Both the position numbers and the translations under genes were made by a program. A stretch of DNA of 64,000 nt, from NCBI GenBank assembly GCA_963632215.1, contig CAVGTD010000002.1, positions 23,755-87,754 on the forward strand, read 5' to 3'. The DNA comes from Clostridiales bacterium (GTDB lineage Bacteria; Bacteroidota; Bacteroidia; Bacteroidales; Bacteroidaceae). The notes beneath the pieces are model-generated. The model was not told the DNA's origin. It saw only the letters and a program-made list of their open reading frames with translations, and did not search any database. This document shows, one piece after another, positions 9,316 through 19,286 of this stretch; the first letter of the stretch is position 1; each line of letters starts with the position of its first letter.

Positions 9316-11661
9316 ATGCAAAACAACTTGGTGATCGTGGAGTCGCCAGCCAAGGCAAAGACTATTGAAAAATTCTTGGGCAAGGACTTCAAGGTGATGT
9401 CGAGTTACGGACACATCCGCGACTTGAAGAAGAAAAATTTCGGCATAGACCTTGAAACCTTTGAACCCCAGTACGAAATACCCGCCGACAAGAAGAAGGT
9501 GGTGAGCGACCTCAGGGCACAAGCGAAGAAATCGGAAGCCGTGTGGCTCGCATCCGATGAAGACCGCGAGGGAGAGGCTATATCGTGGCACCTGGCCGAG
9601 GTACTTGGGCTTGACCCCAAGGAAACGCGCCGCATCGTGTTCCACGAAATCACGAAGCCGGCCATCCTTTCGGCCATAGAGCATCCCCGACATATCGACC
9701 TCAACCTTGTCGACGCGCAACAGGCGCGCCGTGTACTCGACCGCCTGGTGGGTTTCAAACTCTCGCCCGTGCTTTGGCGCAAGGTGAAGCCCAGTCTTTC
9801 GGCAGGCCGTGTGCAGAGCGTGGCAGTGCGCCTCATTGTGGAGCGCGAACGCGAAATCCAGCAGTTCAAGGCAGAGGAGAGTTACCGCGTGACGGCAATT
9901 TTCAACCTTGCCGGCGGCACGGCCAACGCTCCCCAACTCAAAGCAGAACTCAGCAAGCGTTTCGACACTGAGGACGAAGCCGTTGCCTTCCTTGAAAGTT
10001 GCAAGGAAGCCAGTTTCGCCATCGAAAACGTGACCACCAAACCCACAAAACGCAGTCCGGCACCCCCTTTCACAACCTCCACCCTACAGCAGGAAGCAGC
10101 CCGCAAGTTGGGCTTCCCCGTAGCGATGACCATGCGCGTGGCGCAGAGCCTCTACGAATCGGGACTCATTACTTATATGCGTACCGACTCAATGAACCTC
10201 TCCGACCTGTGCCTCAACTCGTGCGCTCCCGTCATTGAGAGCATGATGGGCAAAGGCTACCACCAACGCCGCGCCTACCACACCCACTCAAAGGGCGCAC
10301 AGGAGGCACACGAGGCCATACGCCCCACCGACATGAGCCGCACCAGCATAGACGGCGACGCACGCGAAAAACGCCTCTACGAACTCATCTGGAAACGCAC
10401 CATCGCTTGCCAAATGGCCGATGCAAAGCTCGAAAAGACCACTGTCGACATCAGCGTGAGCGGACGCAACGAAACATTTCAGGCCACGGGCGAAGTGGTG
10501 AAGTTCGACGGTTTCCTGCGCGTCTACCGCGAGAGCCGTTCCGACGAAGACGTTGCTGCCGACAACGAAGAAAAACTTCTTCCCCCCCTCACGGTGGGCG
10601 AAAAACTCGAACGCAGTGCCATCGTAGTTCAGCAGCGTTTTACGCAGCAGCCTGCCCGCTATTCCGAAGCCTCGCTCGTACACAAAATGGAGGAACTCGG
10701 CATTGGCCGTCCGTCGACCTACGCTGCTACAATTTCGACCATTCAAAGCCGCGAGTACGTGGTAAAGGGCGACAACGAGGGGGTAAAGCGCAACTACACA
10801 GAAATAACGCTCAGCGCCGACGGCATTAAAAAGGCAACGCTCAGCGAAAAGACCGGCAGCAACAAGGGAAAGCTTGTGCCGACGGACACAGGCACCGTGG
10901 TCAACGACTTCCTTATGCAGTACTTTCCCGAAATCATGGACTACAACTTCACCGCCAACGTGGAGAAGCAGTTCGACGAAGTGGCCGAGGGTAAGGAGAA
11001 CTGGACAAAGATGATCAGCGACTTCTACAGCCTTTTTGAGCCGCAGGTGGAACGCACGCTCAACGAGAAGACCGACCACCGCGTGGGCGAACGCTCGCTC
11101 GGCACCGAACCCGGCACGGGAAAGCCCGTAAGCGTGAAGATAGGCCGCTTTGGTCCTGTGGTGCAAATCGGAACTCCCGACGACAGCGAAAAACCCCGTT
11201 TCGCCAACCTGCAAAAAGGGCAGAGCATTGAAACAATTACCCTCGACGAAGCCCTCGAACTCTTCAAACTTCCCCGTACCCTCGGCGAGTTTGAAGAACA
11301 GACGGTGAAAGCCAACGTAGGCCGCTTCGGCCCGTACGTGCAGCTCGGCAAACTCTTCGCGTCCATCCCCAAGGGCGAAGACCCTATGGACATTACCCTT
11401 GAACGCGCCGTGGAACTCATCAGGGAAAAGCGCGAGAAAGAAGAAAAGAGCCATCTCAAACAGTTCAGTGAAGACCCCGAACTCGAAATCCGCGCCGGGC
11501 GTTGGGGACCCTACATCGCCTATAAAGGAAAGAACTACAAGATACAGAAGAAAGACGCAGAACGCGCCACAGAGTTCACCTACGAGGAATGCATGAAAAT
11601 CGTGGAAAGCGAGAGCAAGGCCAAGCCCGCCCGCGCCACGAGAGCCAAAAAGAAAAGTTAA
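9316..11661 (+). CDS. topA: DNA topoisomerase I
   Basis: LVIVESPAKAKTI, ASDEDREGEAI, SAGRVQS, ITYMRTD and C-terminal GRFGP repeats. Confidence 0.97.
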   Translation: MQNNLVIVESPAKAKTIEKFLGKDFKVMSSYGHIRDLKKKNFGIDLETFEPQYEIPADKKKVVSDLRAQAKKSEAVWLASDEDREGEAISWHLAEVLGLDPKETRRIVFHEITKPAILSAIEHPRHIDLNLVDAQQARRVLDRLVGFKLSPVLWRKVKPSLSAGRVQSVAVRLIVEREREIQQFKAEESYRVTAIFNLAGGTANAPQLKAELSKRFDTEDEAVAFLESCKEASFAIENVTTKPTKRSPAPPFTTSTLQQEAARKLGFPVAMTMRVAQSLYESGLITYMRTDSMNLSDLCLNSCAPVIESMMGKGYHQRRAYHTHSKGAQEAHEAIRPTDMSRTSIDGDAREKRLYELIWKRTIACQMADAKLEKTTVDISVSGRNETFQATGEVVKFDGFLRVYRESRSDEDVAADNEEKLLPPLTVGEKLERSAIVVQQRFTQQPARYSEASLVHKMEELGIGRPSTYAATISTIQSREYVVKGDNEGVKRNYTEITLSADGIKKATLSEKTGSNKGKLVPTDTGTVVNDFLMQYFPEIMDYNFTANVEKQFDEVAEGKENWTKMISDFYSLFEPQVERTLNEKTDHRVGERSLGTEPGTGKPVSVKIGRFGPVVQIGTPDDSEKPRFANLQKGQSIETITLDEALELFKLPRTLGEFEEQTVKANVGRFGPYVQLGKLFASIPKGEDPMDITLERAVELIREKREKEEKSHLKQFSEDPELEIRAGRWGPYIAYKGKNYKIQKKDAERATEFTYEECMKIVESESKAKPARATRAKKKS

Positions 11662-11703
11662 GGCCTTTGTAGGCCTCCTGACACGAAGCACAACCGTAAC
11701 GAA

Positions 11704-12243
11704 ATGAAGAGCATCATACTTGTGGGCTATATGTGCGTGGGCAAAACCACCGTAGGCCGCGCGCTTGCCAAGCAATTGGGATATTCCTTCTACGACCTTG
11801 ACTGGTACATAGAGGAACGCTTCCACACGAAAGTGAGCGAGATATTCGCCGAGAAGGGCGAAGCTCACTTCCGCAACCTCGAACAGCGCATGCTCCACGA
11901 GGTGGCGGAGTTCGAGAACGTGGTGCTTTCGTGCGGCGGCGGCACGCCCTGCTTCTTCGACAATATGGAATACATGAACTCCGTAGGTCACGTGTTCTAC
12001 CTCAAAGCCTCCGTCGACACCATTCTGCAACACCTTTCGCTGAGCAAGGGCGAACGGCCCCTGTTGGCCGGAAAAAGCCCCGAGGAACTGCGCACGTACA
12101 TCACAGCCCAACTGGCCGAGCGTGCGCCCTACTATGAGAAAGCCCGCCATACGGTCGACGTGAACGTGCTTAATTCGTTCGACAAGGTGGGAGAGGTTGT
12201 CGAGCAGATACAACGAACCGTTGAAACACTTCCCCCGCACTAA
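11704..12243 (+). CDS. aroK: Shikimate kinase
   Basis: GYMCVGKTT, DLD, GEAHFR, SCGGGTP and RPLL motifs. Confidence 0.93.
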   Translation: MKSIILVGYMCVGKTTVGRALAKQLGYSFYDLDWYIEERFHTKVSEIFAEKGEAHFRNLEQRMLHEVAEFENVVLSCGGGTPCFFDNMEYMNSVGHVFYLKASVDTILQHLSLSKGERPLLAGKSPEELRTYITAQLAERAPYYEKARHTVDVNVLNSFDKVGEVVEQIQRTVETLPPH

Positions 12244-12293
12244 TAAGATACAGCTACTCCACTCAACACACCACATAATCCCAGTTTCCCACT

Positions 12294-14186
12294 ATGCGCA
12301 AATGGAGAATTGAAGACTCAGAGGAACTCTACAACATCAAGGGTTGGGGAGTGAACTACTTCGGCATCAACGAAAAGGGGCACGCCTTTGTATCGCCCCG
12401 TAAGAACGGCGTGCAGATTGACCTGAAAGAAGTAGTTGACGAACTCAACTCACGCGACATCACCGCCCCGGTGCTGCTCCGTTTCCCCGACATTCTTGAC
12501 AACCGCATTGAGAAAACATCCGAATGCTTCAACCGCGCGGCAGAGGAGTATCAGTTCAAGGCCGAACACTTCATCATATACCCCATCAAGGTGAACCAAA
12601 TGCGCCCGGTGGTAGAGGAGATTATCAGCCACGGAAAGAAATACAATCTGGGACTTGAAGCCGGTTCGAAGCCCGAACTCCATGCCGTGCTTGCCACGAA
12701 CATGGATTCCGACAGCCTCATCATTTGCAACGGACACAAGGACCAAAACTTCATAGAACTTGCCCTGTTGGCGCAAAAGATGGGCAAGCGCGTATTCCTT
12801 GTGGTGGAGAAACTGCCCGAACTTATCACCATTGCCGACACGGCCGAGAAGCTTGGCGTGCGTCCCAATCTGGGCATACGCATCAAATTGGCGGCCTCAG
12901 GCACGGGAAAGTGGCAGGAGAGCGGGGGCGACGCGTCGAAGTTCGGCCTGAATTCCAGCGAACTCCTCGAAGCCTTGCAGAAGCTCGACAAAATGGGCAT
13001 GCACGACTGCCTGAAGCTCATTCACTTCCACATCGGTTCGCAAATCACCAAGATACGCCGCATCTCCACCGCTCTGCGCGAGGCCGCGCAGTTCTACGTA
13101 CAACTGCACGAAATGGGCTTCAACATTGAGTTCGTTGACTGCGGCGGCGGATTGGGCGTTGACTATGACGGCACGCGTTCGAGCAATTCCGAAAGTTCGG
13201 TGAACTACTCCATCCAAGAGTACGTGAACGACTGCGTGTACACCTTTGTCGATGCCGCCAACAAAAACAACATTCCCCACCCCAACCTGATAACCGAAGG
13301 CGGACGCTCGCTCACAGCCCACCATTCGGTGCTTGTGGTCGACGTGCTTGAAAGCGTGAGCATGCCCCACATGGACGAGAATTTCCACCCCGGCGAAAGC
13401 GACCACCAGCTTGTGCACGACCTTACCGAGATTTGGGACAAGCTATCGCCCCGCTCCATGCTTGAGGACTGGCACGACGCGCAGGACATCCGCGACGAGG
13501 CACTCGACCTTTTCCGCCACGGCATCATCGACCTGAAAACGCGGGCGCAGATAGAGAGCCTCTATTGGAGCATCACGCGCGAAATTAGCGAACTGGCGCA
13601 CCACCAAAAGCATGTGCCTGACGAACTGCGCACGCTCGACAAGATGATGGCCGACAAGTACTTCTGCAACTTCTCGCTCTTTCAGTCGCTCCCCGACTCG
13701 TGGGGCATCGACCAGCTTTTCCCCATCATGCCCATCAGCCGCTTGGACGAAAAGCCGACAGTCTCAGCCACGTTGCAGGACATCACGTGCGACTCCGACG
13801 GCAAGATATCAGCCTACGTCAACTACAACCAGCAAACGTCCTACCTGCCGCTCCACGCCTTCCGCGAGGGCGAACACTACTATATAGGAGTGTTCCTTGT
13901 GGGAGCCTATCAGGAAATTCTTGGCAACATGCACAACCTCTTCGGCGACACCAACGCCGTGCACGTGACGGTGGACGAGAGCGGATACAGCATCGACAAG
14001 ACCATTGACGGCGAGACCGTAGCCGACGTGCTGGAATACGTGCAGTACGACCCCAAGCGGCTTGTTCGCCGCCTTGAGGCCTGGGTGAGCAAAGCCGTCA
14101 AGGAGGGCAAAATTACCAACGAGGAGGGCAAGGAATTCATCTCCAACTACCGTTCGGGCCTTTACGGCTACACCTACCTCGAATAG
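12294..14186 (+). CDS. speA: Biosynthetic arginine decarboxylase
   Basis: YPIKVNQ, GLEAGSKPEL, HFHIGSQ and DITCDSDG. Confidence 0.95.
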   Translation: MRKWRIEDSEELYNIKGWGVNYFGINEKGHAFVSPRKNGVQIDLKEVVDELNSRDITAPVLLRFPDILDNRIEKTSECFNRAAEEYQFKAEHFIIYPIKVNQMRPVVEEIISHGKKYNLGLEAGSKPELHAVLATNMDSDSLIICNGHKDQNFIELALLAQKMGKRVFLVVEKLPELITIADTAEKLGVRPNLGIRIKLAASGTGKWQESGGDASKFGLNSSELLEALQKLDKMGMHDCLKLIHFHIGSQITKIRRISTALREAAQFYVQLHEMGFNIEFVDCGGGLGVDYDGTRSSNSESSVNYSIQEYVNDCVYTFVDAANKNNIPHPNLITEGGRSLTAHHSVLVVDVLESVSMPHMDENFHPGESDHQLVHDLTEIWDKLSPRSMLEDWHDAQDIRDEALDLFRHGIIDLKTRAQIESLYWSITREISELAHHQKHVPDELRTLDKMMADKYFCNFSLFQSLPDSWGIDQLFPIMPISRLDEKPTVSATLQDITCDSDGKISAYVNYNQQTSYLPLHAFREGEHYYIGVFLVGAYQEILGNMHNLFGDTNAVHVTVDESGYSIDKTIDGETVADVLEYVQYDPKRLVRRLEAWVSKAVKEGKITNEEGKEFISNYRSGLYGYTYLE

Positions 14187-14228
14187 CCGGCTGCCCGCCC
14201 CGCGCATGAACATTATCGAAACAGAGCA

Positions 14229-15722
14229 ATGGCACAGAAATTAGAGCAGAGACAAACTGCGGTTCAAACCCAGCAATTAGCCACGTTGCAGGTGGCGGTG
14301 GCCAAACTGGTCGAGCTGCCTGTGACCGAACTGGCGGTGAGGGTGAAGGACGAACTGATTGACAATGCCGCGCTCGAAGTGAAGGACGAAAGCGACGAGG
14401 CAGATTTCGATGCCGACCAAGCCCCCGATGAGGGCGATGCCAACGACTACGCAGCCGATGGCGAGGAAAGCCTTTACGAGGGCAAGGAGGCTGACGCAAT
14501 GAGCGACTACTCCACCATTGACGACGTACCGGACTACATACGCCAGCGAGCCGACGAAGAGGACGGCGGCCGCGAAATGCAGTATTCGGCGCAAGCTTCG
14601 TTCTACGAGGAACTGGAACGGCAGATTGGCGAGCGCGACTTTTCCGACCACGAGCGTGAAGTGACGGAGTACCTTGTGGGTTCGCTCGACGAGGACGGAT
14701 TTTTGCGCAAGGACCTCCTTACGCTTGCCGACGAGCTTGCCATCTACCACAACATTGTGACCGACGAAAAGGAGCTTGAACGCCTCCTGCACGTGCTTCA
14801 AGAGTTCGAACCCAAGGGAATTGGCGCGCGTTCGCTCCAAGAGTGTTTGCACATTCAGTTGCGCGACGCGGAAAATCCTACCGAATATACCCAGCTTGCC
14901 CTTCGCGTGGTGGACAACTGTTTTGACGATTTCACGCACCGCCGTTGGGACAACGTAAAGCAACGGCTCAAAATCGACGATACGACTTTTGAAAAGGTGA
15001 AGAGCTGCCTTACGCACCTCAATCCCCGCCCCGGACGTGCGCTGAGCGAGAGCGAAACGGCGGCTGCCCCGACCGTTGTGCCAGATTTCACGGTGACGGT
15101 TAGCGGCGACGAAGTGGCGGTGCAGCTCAACCGGGGCGAAGTGCCTGAGTTGCAGGTGAGCGAGGCTTTCAGGCAAAGCATCAAGCAATACGGCGGCAAC
15201 AAGGCGCACCTTTCGCGCGAACAGCAGGACGCTTACACCTATGCCCGGCAAAAAGTCGATGCGGCGCAATCGTTCATTAACCTGCTCTCGCGGCGCAAGC
15301 AGACGCTTCTTTCAGTGATGCGAGCCATCGTGGAGAAACAAAAGCCCTTCTTCCTTAACGACGACGATGAGTCGCTCCTCGAACCCCTTGCCTTGAAGGA
15401 CATTGCCGAGATGGCGCAGGTCGACGTGTCGACCGTGTCGAGAGTGACGAGCAGCAAGTTCGTGCGCACCCTTTACGGCACTTATCCCCTGCGCTTCTTC
15501 TTTTCGCGCCAGTTCACCACGAGCGACGGCGACGAACTCTCCTCGCGCAAGGTCAAGGAGGCACTCAACGCCCTCTTGGCCGGCGAGAACAAGAAGAAGC
15601 CCCTTTCCGACGAGGAACTGGCCGAGCGACTCAAAGCCCAGGGCTTCAACGTGGCGCGCCGCACGGTGGCCAAATACCGCGACCAGATGGGCATACCCAC
15701 CTCGCGCTTGCGCCGGGAGTGA
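14229..15722 (+). CDS. rpoN: RNA polymerase sigma-54 factor
   Basis: RpoN box ARRTVAKYR, STVSR helix-turn-helix and GIGARSLQECL. Confidence 0.95.
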   Translation: MAQKLEQRQTAVQTQQLATLQVAVAKLVELPVTELAVRVKDELIDNAALEVKDESDEADFDADQAPDEGDANDYAADGEESLYEGKEADAMSDYSTIDDVPDYIRQRADEEDGGREMQYSAQASFYEELERQIGERDFSDHEREVTEYLVGSLDEDGFLRKDLLTLADELAIYHNIVTDEKELERLLHVLQEFEPKGIGARSLQECLHIQLRDAENPTEYTQLALRVVDNCFDDFTHRRWDNVKQRLKIDDTTFEKVKSCLTHLNPRPGRALSESETAAAPTVVPDFTVTVSGDEVAVQLNRGEVPELQVSEAFRQSIKQYGGNKAHLSREQQDAYTYARQKVDAAQSFINLLSRRKQTLLSVMRAIVEKQKPFFLNDDDESLLEPLALKDIAEMAQVDVSTVSRVTSSKFVRTLYGTYPLRFFFSRQFTTSDGDELSSRKVKEALNALLAGENKKKPLSDEELAERLKAQGFNVARRTVAKYRDQMGIPTSRLRRE

Positions 15723-16522
15723 CGCACAATGCCTTGAAACACAACAATCGTTTTATGAACAAAGAAGATCTTAGGGACTTGTTTCTCGCTCCTCACGACG
15801 AGGAGGACGAGGGCAATGAGGGGGCGCAGGGCAGCGGCTCTTCTCTTTGCGGCGCAAAGGGCGAAGAGAGTGGCGAAACAGATGCCCCAACACGAGGCGG
15901 ACGCTTCGCAAGCCGGGCCTTGGTGCTTTCCGCCCACATTGTGTCTACGCTCTATTCCCCGTTCTATCTCCCTGTCGTGGCTTTTATCGTGCTGTTCATG
16001 TTCAGCTATCTGAATATGCTGCCGTTGAAGTTCAAGGTGATACTCACCGTTCAAGTATACCTGTTCACCATTCTTTTTCCCCACCTTGCCATCTACCTTT
16101 TCCGCACGCTGAAAGGGTGGACGCGCCGGCAAATGGGCAAGCGCGAGCGGCGCTACGTGCCTTACGCCCTGAGCATCGTGAGCAACGGCATTCTGCTCTA
16201 TATGCTCTACCGCATACACATGCCCCGTTTCGCTCTGGGCGTAATTGGCGGCGCACTGGTCATCCAGCTCGTGTGCGTAGCGGTGAACAGCCGCATAAAA
16301 ATCAGCACCCATGCGGCGGCCTCGGGCGGCGTGGTGGGTGCGCTGATGGCTTTCTCGTTTATTTTCGCTTTCAATCCCACGGGTTGGCTCTGCCTGGCCG
16401 TATTGCTCTGCGGCATGGTATGCACGGCGCGGCTCATGCTGCGGCAGCACACCTATGCCGAGATAGGCTGGGGCGTGGCCATCGGCGTAGTGAGCGGTTT
16501 TGTGAGCATTCTGCTCATCTGA
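15719..16522 (+). CDS. PAP2-like multi-pass membrane protein
   Basis: About six TM segments with KISTHAA and ARLMLRQHT. Start is either TG-overlap with the rpoN stop or ATG 15755. Confidence 0.7.
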   Translation: MTHNALKHNNRFMNKEDLRDLFLAPHDEEDEGNEGAQGSGSSLCGAKGEESGETDAPTRGGRFASRALVLSAHIVSTLYSPFYLPVVAFIVLFMFSYLNMLPLKFKVILTVQVYLFTILFPHLAIYLFRTLKGWTRRQMGKRERRYVPYALSIVSNGILLYMLYRIHMPRFALGVIGGALVIQLVCVAVNSRIKISTHAAASGGVVGALMAFSFIFAFNPTGWLCLAVLLCGMVCTARLMLRQHTYAEIGWGVAIGVVSGFVSILLI

Positions 16523-16562
16523 GCCGCCTTGCATTGTAAACACTAAACATTCTATATTGATT

Positions 16563-17069
16563 ATGACTCCTGTTGTTAGCATCATCATGGGCAGCACGAG
16601 CGACCTCCCCGTAATGGAGAAAGCTGCCAAGTTTCTCGACGAAATGGAAATCCCCTTTGAGATGAACGCCCTTTCGGCTCACCGTACGCCGCAAGAGGTA
16701 GAGGCGTTTGCCAAGGGCGCTAAAGAACGCGGACTGAAAGTGGTCATCGCCGGCGCCGGCATGGCCGCCGCTTTGCCCGGCGTGATAGCCGCAAGCACGT
16801 CGCTCCCCGTCATTGGCGTGCCCATCAAGGGAATGCTCGACGGACTCGACGCGATGCTCTCCATCATACAGATGCCTCCCGGCATCCCCGTGGCCACGGT
16901 AGGCGTGAACGGCGCGCAGAACGCCGCTATCCTTGCCGCCGAAATGCTGGCTCTTGCCGACGGTGCGCTGGCCGACCGCCTCGCCGCCTATAAGGAGGGA
17001 CTTAAAAACAAGATTGTGAAAGCCAACGCCGACCTCAAGGAAGTGAGCTACAAGTTCAAAACCAACTAA
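16563..17069 (+). CDS. purE: N5-CAIR mutase
   Basis: IIMGSTSD, SAHRTP, AGMAAALPG and QMPPGIPVATV. Confidence 0.96.
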   Translation: MTPVVSIIMGSTSDLPVMEKAAKFLDEMEIPFEMNALSAHRTPQEVEAFAKGAKERGLKVVIAGAGMAAALPGVIAASTSLPVIGVPIKGMLDGLDAMLSIIQMPPGIPVATVGVNGAQNAAILAAEMLALADGALADRLAAYKEGLKNKIVKANADLKEVSYKFKTN

Positions 17070-17074
17070 CCGGC

Positions 17075-18946
17075 ATGAGCATCTTCAACTACTCACCGCG
17101 CAAGAGCCACGAGGCGGTGGTGGGCAACCGTCCCTTGGGCGGTGACAACCCCTTGCGCATCCAAAGCATGACCACCACTGTCACTACCGACACGGAGGCG
17201 TGCGTAAAGCAGTGCATTGCCATTTTCGATGCCGGTGCCGACTATGTGCGCCTCACTACGCAGGGCACGCGCGAGGCTGAGAACCTGCGCAACATCAAGG
17301 AAGAATTGCGTAAGCGCGGCTACGACCGTCCCCTCGTGGCCGACGTGCATTTCAATCCCGCCGTGGCCGACGTGGCGGCCACCATCGTCGAGAAGGTGCG
17401 CATCAATCCGGGCAACTACGTCGACCCGGCCCGCCAGTTCAAGCACATTGAATACACCGACGAGGAATACGCCGCCGAACTCGTGCGGCTCGAAGAGCGT
17501 TTCACGAAGCTCCTCGACATTTGCAAGCAACACCACACGGCCCTGCGCATCGGCGTAAACCACGGCTCGCTCTCCGACCGCATCATGTGCCGCTACGGCG
17601 ACACGCCGGCCGGAATCGTAGAGAGCTGCATGGAGTTCTTGCGCATTTGCGTAAAACAGCATTTCAAGGACGTGGTCATCTCTATCAAAGCGTCCAACAC
17701 GCAAGTGATGGTGCGCTCCGTACGCCTGCTCTGCAAGGTGATGCGTGAGGAGAAGATGGACTTCCCCCTGCACCTTGGCGTGACCGAAGCGGGCGAGGGC
17801 GAAGACGGCCGCATAAAGAGTGCAGTTGGCATTGGCGCGCTGCTTAGCGACGGCATTGGCGACACCCTGCGCGTGAGCCTCAGCGAAAATCCCGAGGTGG
17901 AGGTGCCGGTAGCCTACAAGCTGGCCTCGCACGTGGTGGAGCGCGCCGGACACTACGAGATACCGGGCAAGGAGTGCATCCACTTCTGCTACGAGAACCC
18001 CCAACGCCGTCCCACCGCAAGCGTGGGCAACATTGGCGGCGGCAATGTGCCGGTAGTCATCTCGTCGCGCCTCAGCGGAAGCGAGGCCTTGCAGCCCACC
18101 CCTGAGGGACAGCCCGCGCCCGACTACATCTACACCGGCCGCACCCTGCCCGGCAAGCAAAAACGCGTGAAGGGCGCAGGATACATTGTCGATGCCGACG
18201 TATGGAACGGCGAGGAGGATACCTACCCCGTCTTCACCAAAAGACTGCTCATGAGTGTGGCCATGTGCCAAGCCCCCGTCAAGTTTCTCTTCCTTACCTA
18301 CCTCGACCTCGACGACGAGGTGAAAGCCCTGCTCGCCAAGGTGAAAAACGTGGTAATCATTGCGCAGAGCAACCACGCCAACCGCTTGGGCGAGCAACGC
18401 GCCCTCTGCCACGAACTGTGGAACGCCAACCTGCGCACCCCCGTGGTGTTTTTCCAGCAATACCGTTTGGGCGAAGACCAAAAGGAGGAGTTTCAGCTCT
18501 ACGCCGCCGCCGACATGGGCGCGCTGATGTTCGACGGACTGACCGACGGCATCATGCTCTTCAACCAAAAGCCCGAGGGAAAACGCTCGCTGCCTGTTGC
18601 CGTGCAAGACGCCACGGCGTTCGCCATCCTGCAAGCTGCGCGCTTGCGCACCACGAAGACGGAATACATCAGCTGTCCGGGCTGTGGGCGTACGCTCTAC
18701 GACCTGCCGGGCACAATCGCGCGCATAAAGGCCGCCACGTCGCACCTCAAAGGCCTCAAAATAGGCATCATGGGCTGCATAGTGAACGGCCCGGGCGAGA
18801 TGGCCGATGCCGACTACGGCTATGTGGGCGCGGCGCGAGGCAAGGTGAGCCTCTACCGGGGCAAGGTGTGCGTGGAGAAGAATATCCCGGCCGAACAAGC
18901 CGTGGAGAAGCTCCTCAGCCTCATCGAGGCTGACCGAAAAGCCTAA
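17075..18946 (+). CDS. ispG: HMBPP synthase (long Bacteroidetes form)
   Basis: IQSMTTT, VRINPGN, RIGVNHGSL, LHLGVTEAG, SCPGCGRT and MGCIVNGPGE. Confidence 0.96.
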   Translation: MSIFNYSPRKSHEAVVGNRPLGGDNPLRIQSMTTTVTTDTEACVKQCIAIFDAGADYVRLTTQGTREAENLRNIKEELRKRGYDRPLVADVHFNPAVADVAATIVEKVRINPGNYVDPARQFKHIEYTDEEYAAELVRLEERFTKLLDICKQHHTALRIGVNHGSLSDRIMCRYGDTPAGIVESCMEFLRICVKQHFKDVVISIKASNTQVMVRSVRLLCKVMREEKMDFPLHLGVTEAGEGEDGRIKSAVGIGALLSDGIGDTLRVSLSENPEVEVPVAYKLASHVVERAGHYEIPGKECIHFCYENPQRRPTASVGNIGGGNVPVVISSRLSGSEALQPTPEGQPAPDYIYTGRTLPGKQKRVKGAGYIVDADVWNGEEDTYPVFTKRLLMSVAMCQAPVKFLFLTYLDLDDEVKALLAKVKNVVIIAQSNHANRLGEQRALCHELWNANLRTPVVFFQQYRLGEDQKEEFQLYAAADMGALMFDGLTDGIMLFNQKPEGKRSLPVAVQDATAFAILQAARLRTTKTEYISCPGCGRTLYDLPGTIARIKAATSHLKGLKIGIMGCIVNGPGEMADADYGYVGAARGKVSLYRGKVCVEKNIPAEQAVEKLLSLIEADRKA

Positions 18947-19014
18947 GCCCGAGCCGACGAAACCGGCGCAAAGCAAAGGCTATCCCCCTGCTCCTTAATC
19001 CTACCCCCGAGGCA

Positions 19015-19113
19015 GTGGATAAATACTTGGCAAGCGACACATTGAATACTTGGCAAGCGGCAACGTGTATACTTGGCAAGCGGCATATCGTATACTTGCA
19101 AGTATTTATCCAC
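19015..19113. repeat. Intergenic 23-bp-period TACTTG element with perfect 15-bp terminal inverted repeats
   Basis: GTGGATAAATACTTG ... CAAGTATTTATCCAC, with TACTTG cores at 19024, 19047, 19070 and 19093. Confidence 0.85.
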
Positions 19114-19213
19114 AACTTCGGGGATATTTTTCACTACCCCCGGGATGCGATTGCCTACCCCATGGGCGAAAATTCTGTTGTCGGGCGGTGGAGAGTTTGG
19201 CGGACACAACAAA

Positions 19214-19252
19214 CGCGGCGGTTCAAAGGATTTCCGCCTTTGAACCGCCGCG
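19214..19252 (-). terminator. Hairpin downstream of argS
   Basis: Perfect 16-bp stem CGCGGCGGTTCAAAGG/CCTTTGAACCGCCGCG, followed by TTTGTTG on the minus strand. Confidence 0.75.
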
Positions 19253-19286
19253 CGGTGAATATCGGTTGTTTTGCCTGTAACGGGTT

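Noticed and set aside
19015..19113. Periodic repeats here and at 2533, 40087 and 58747 as mini-CRISPR arrays
   Set aside because: The 22-23 bp period is far too short for repeat plus spacer, there is no leader, and no cas gene is present in the window.
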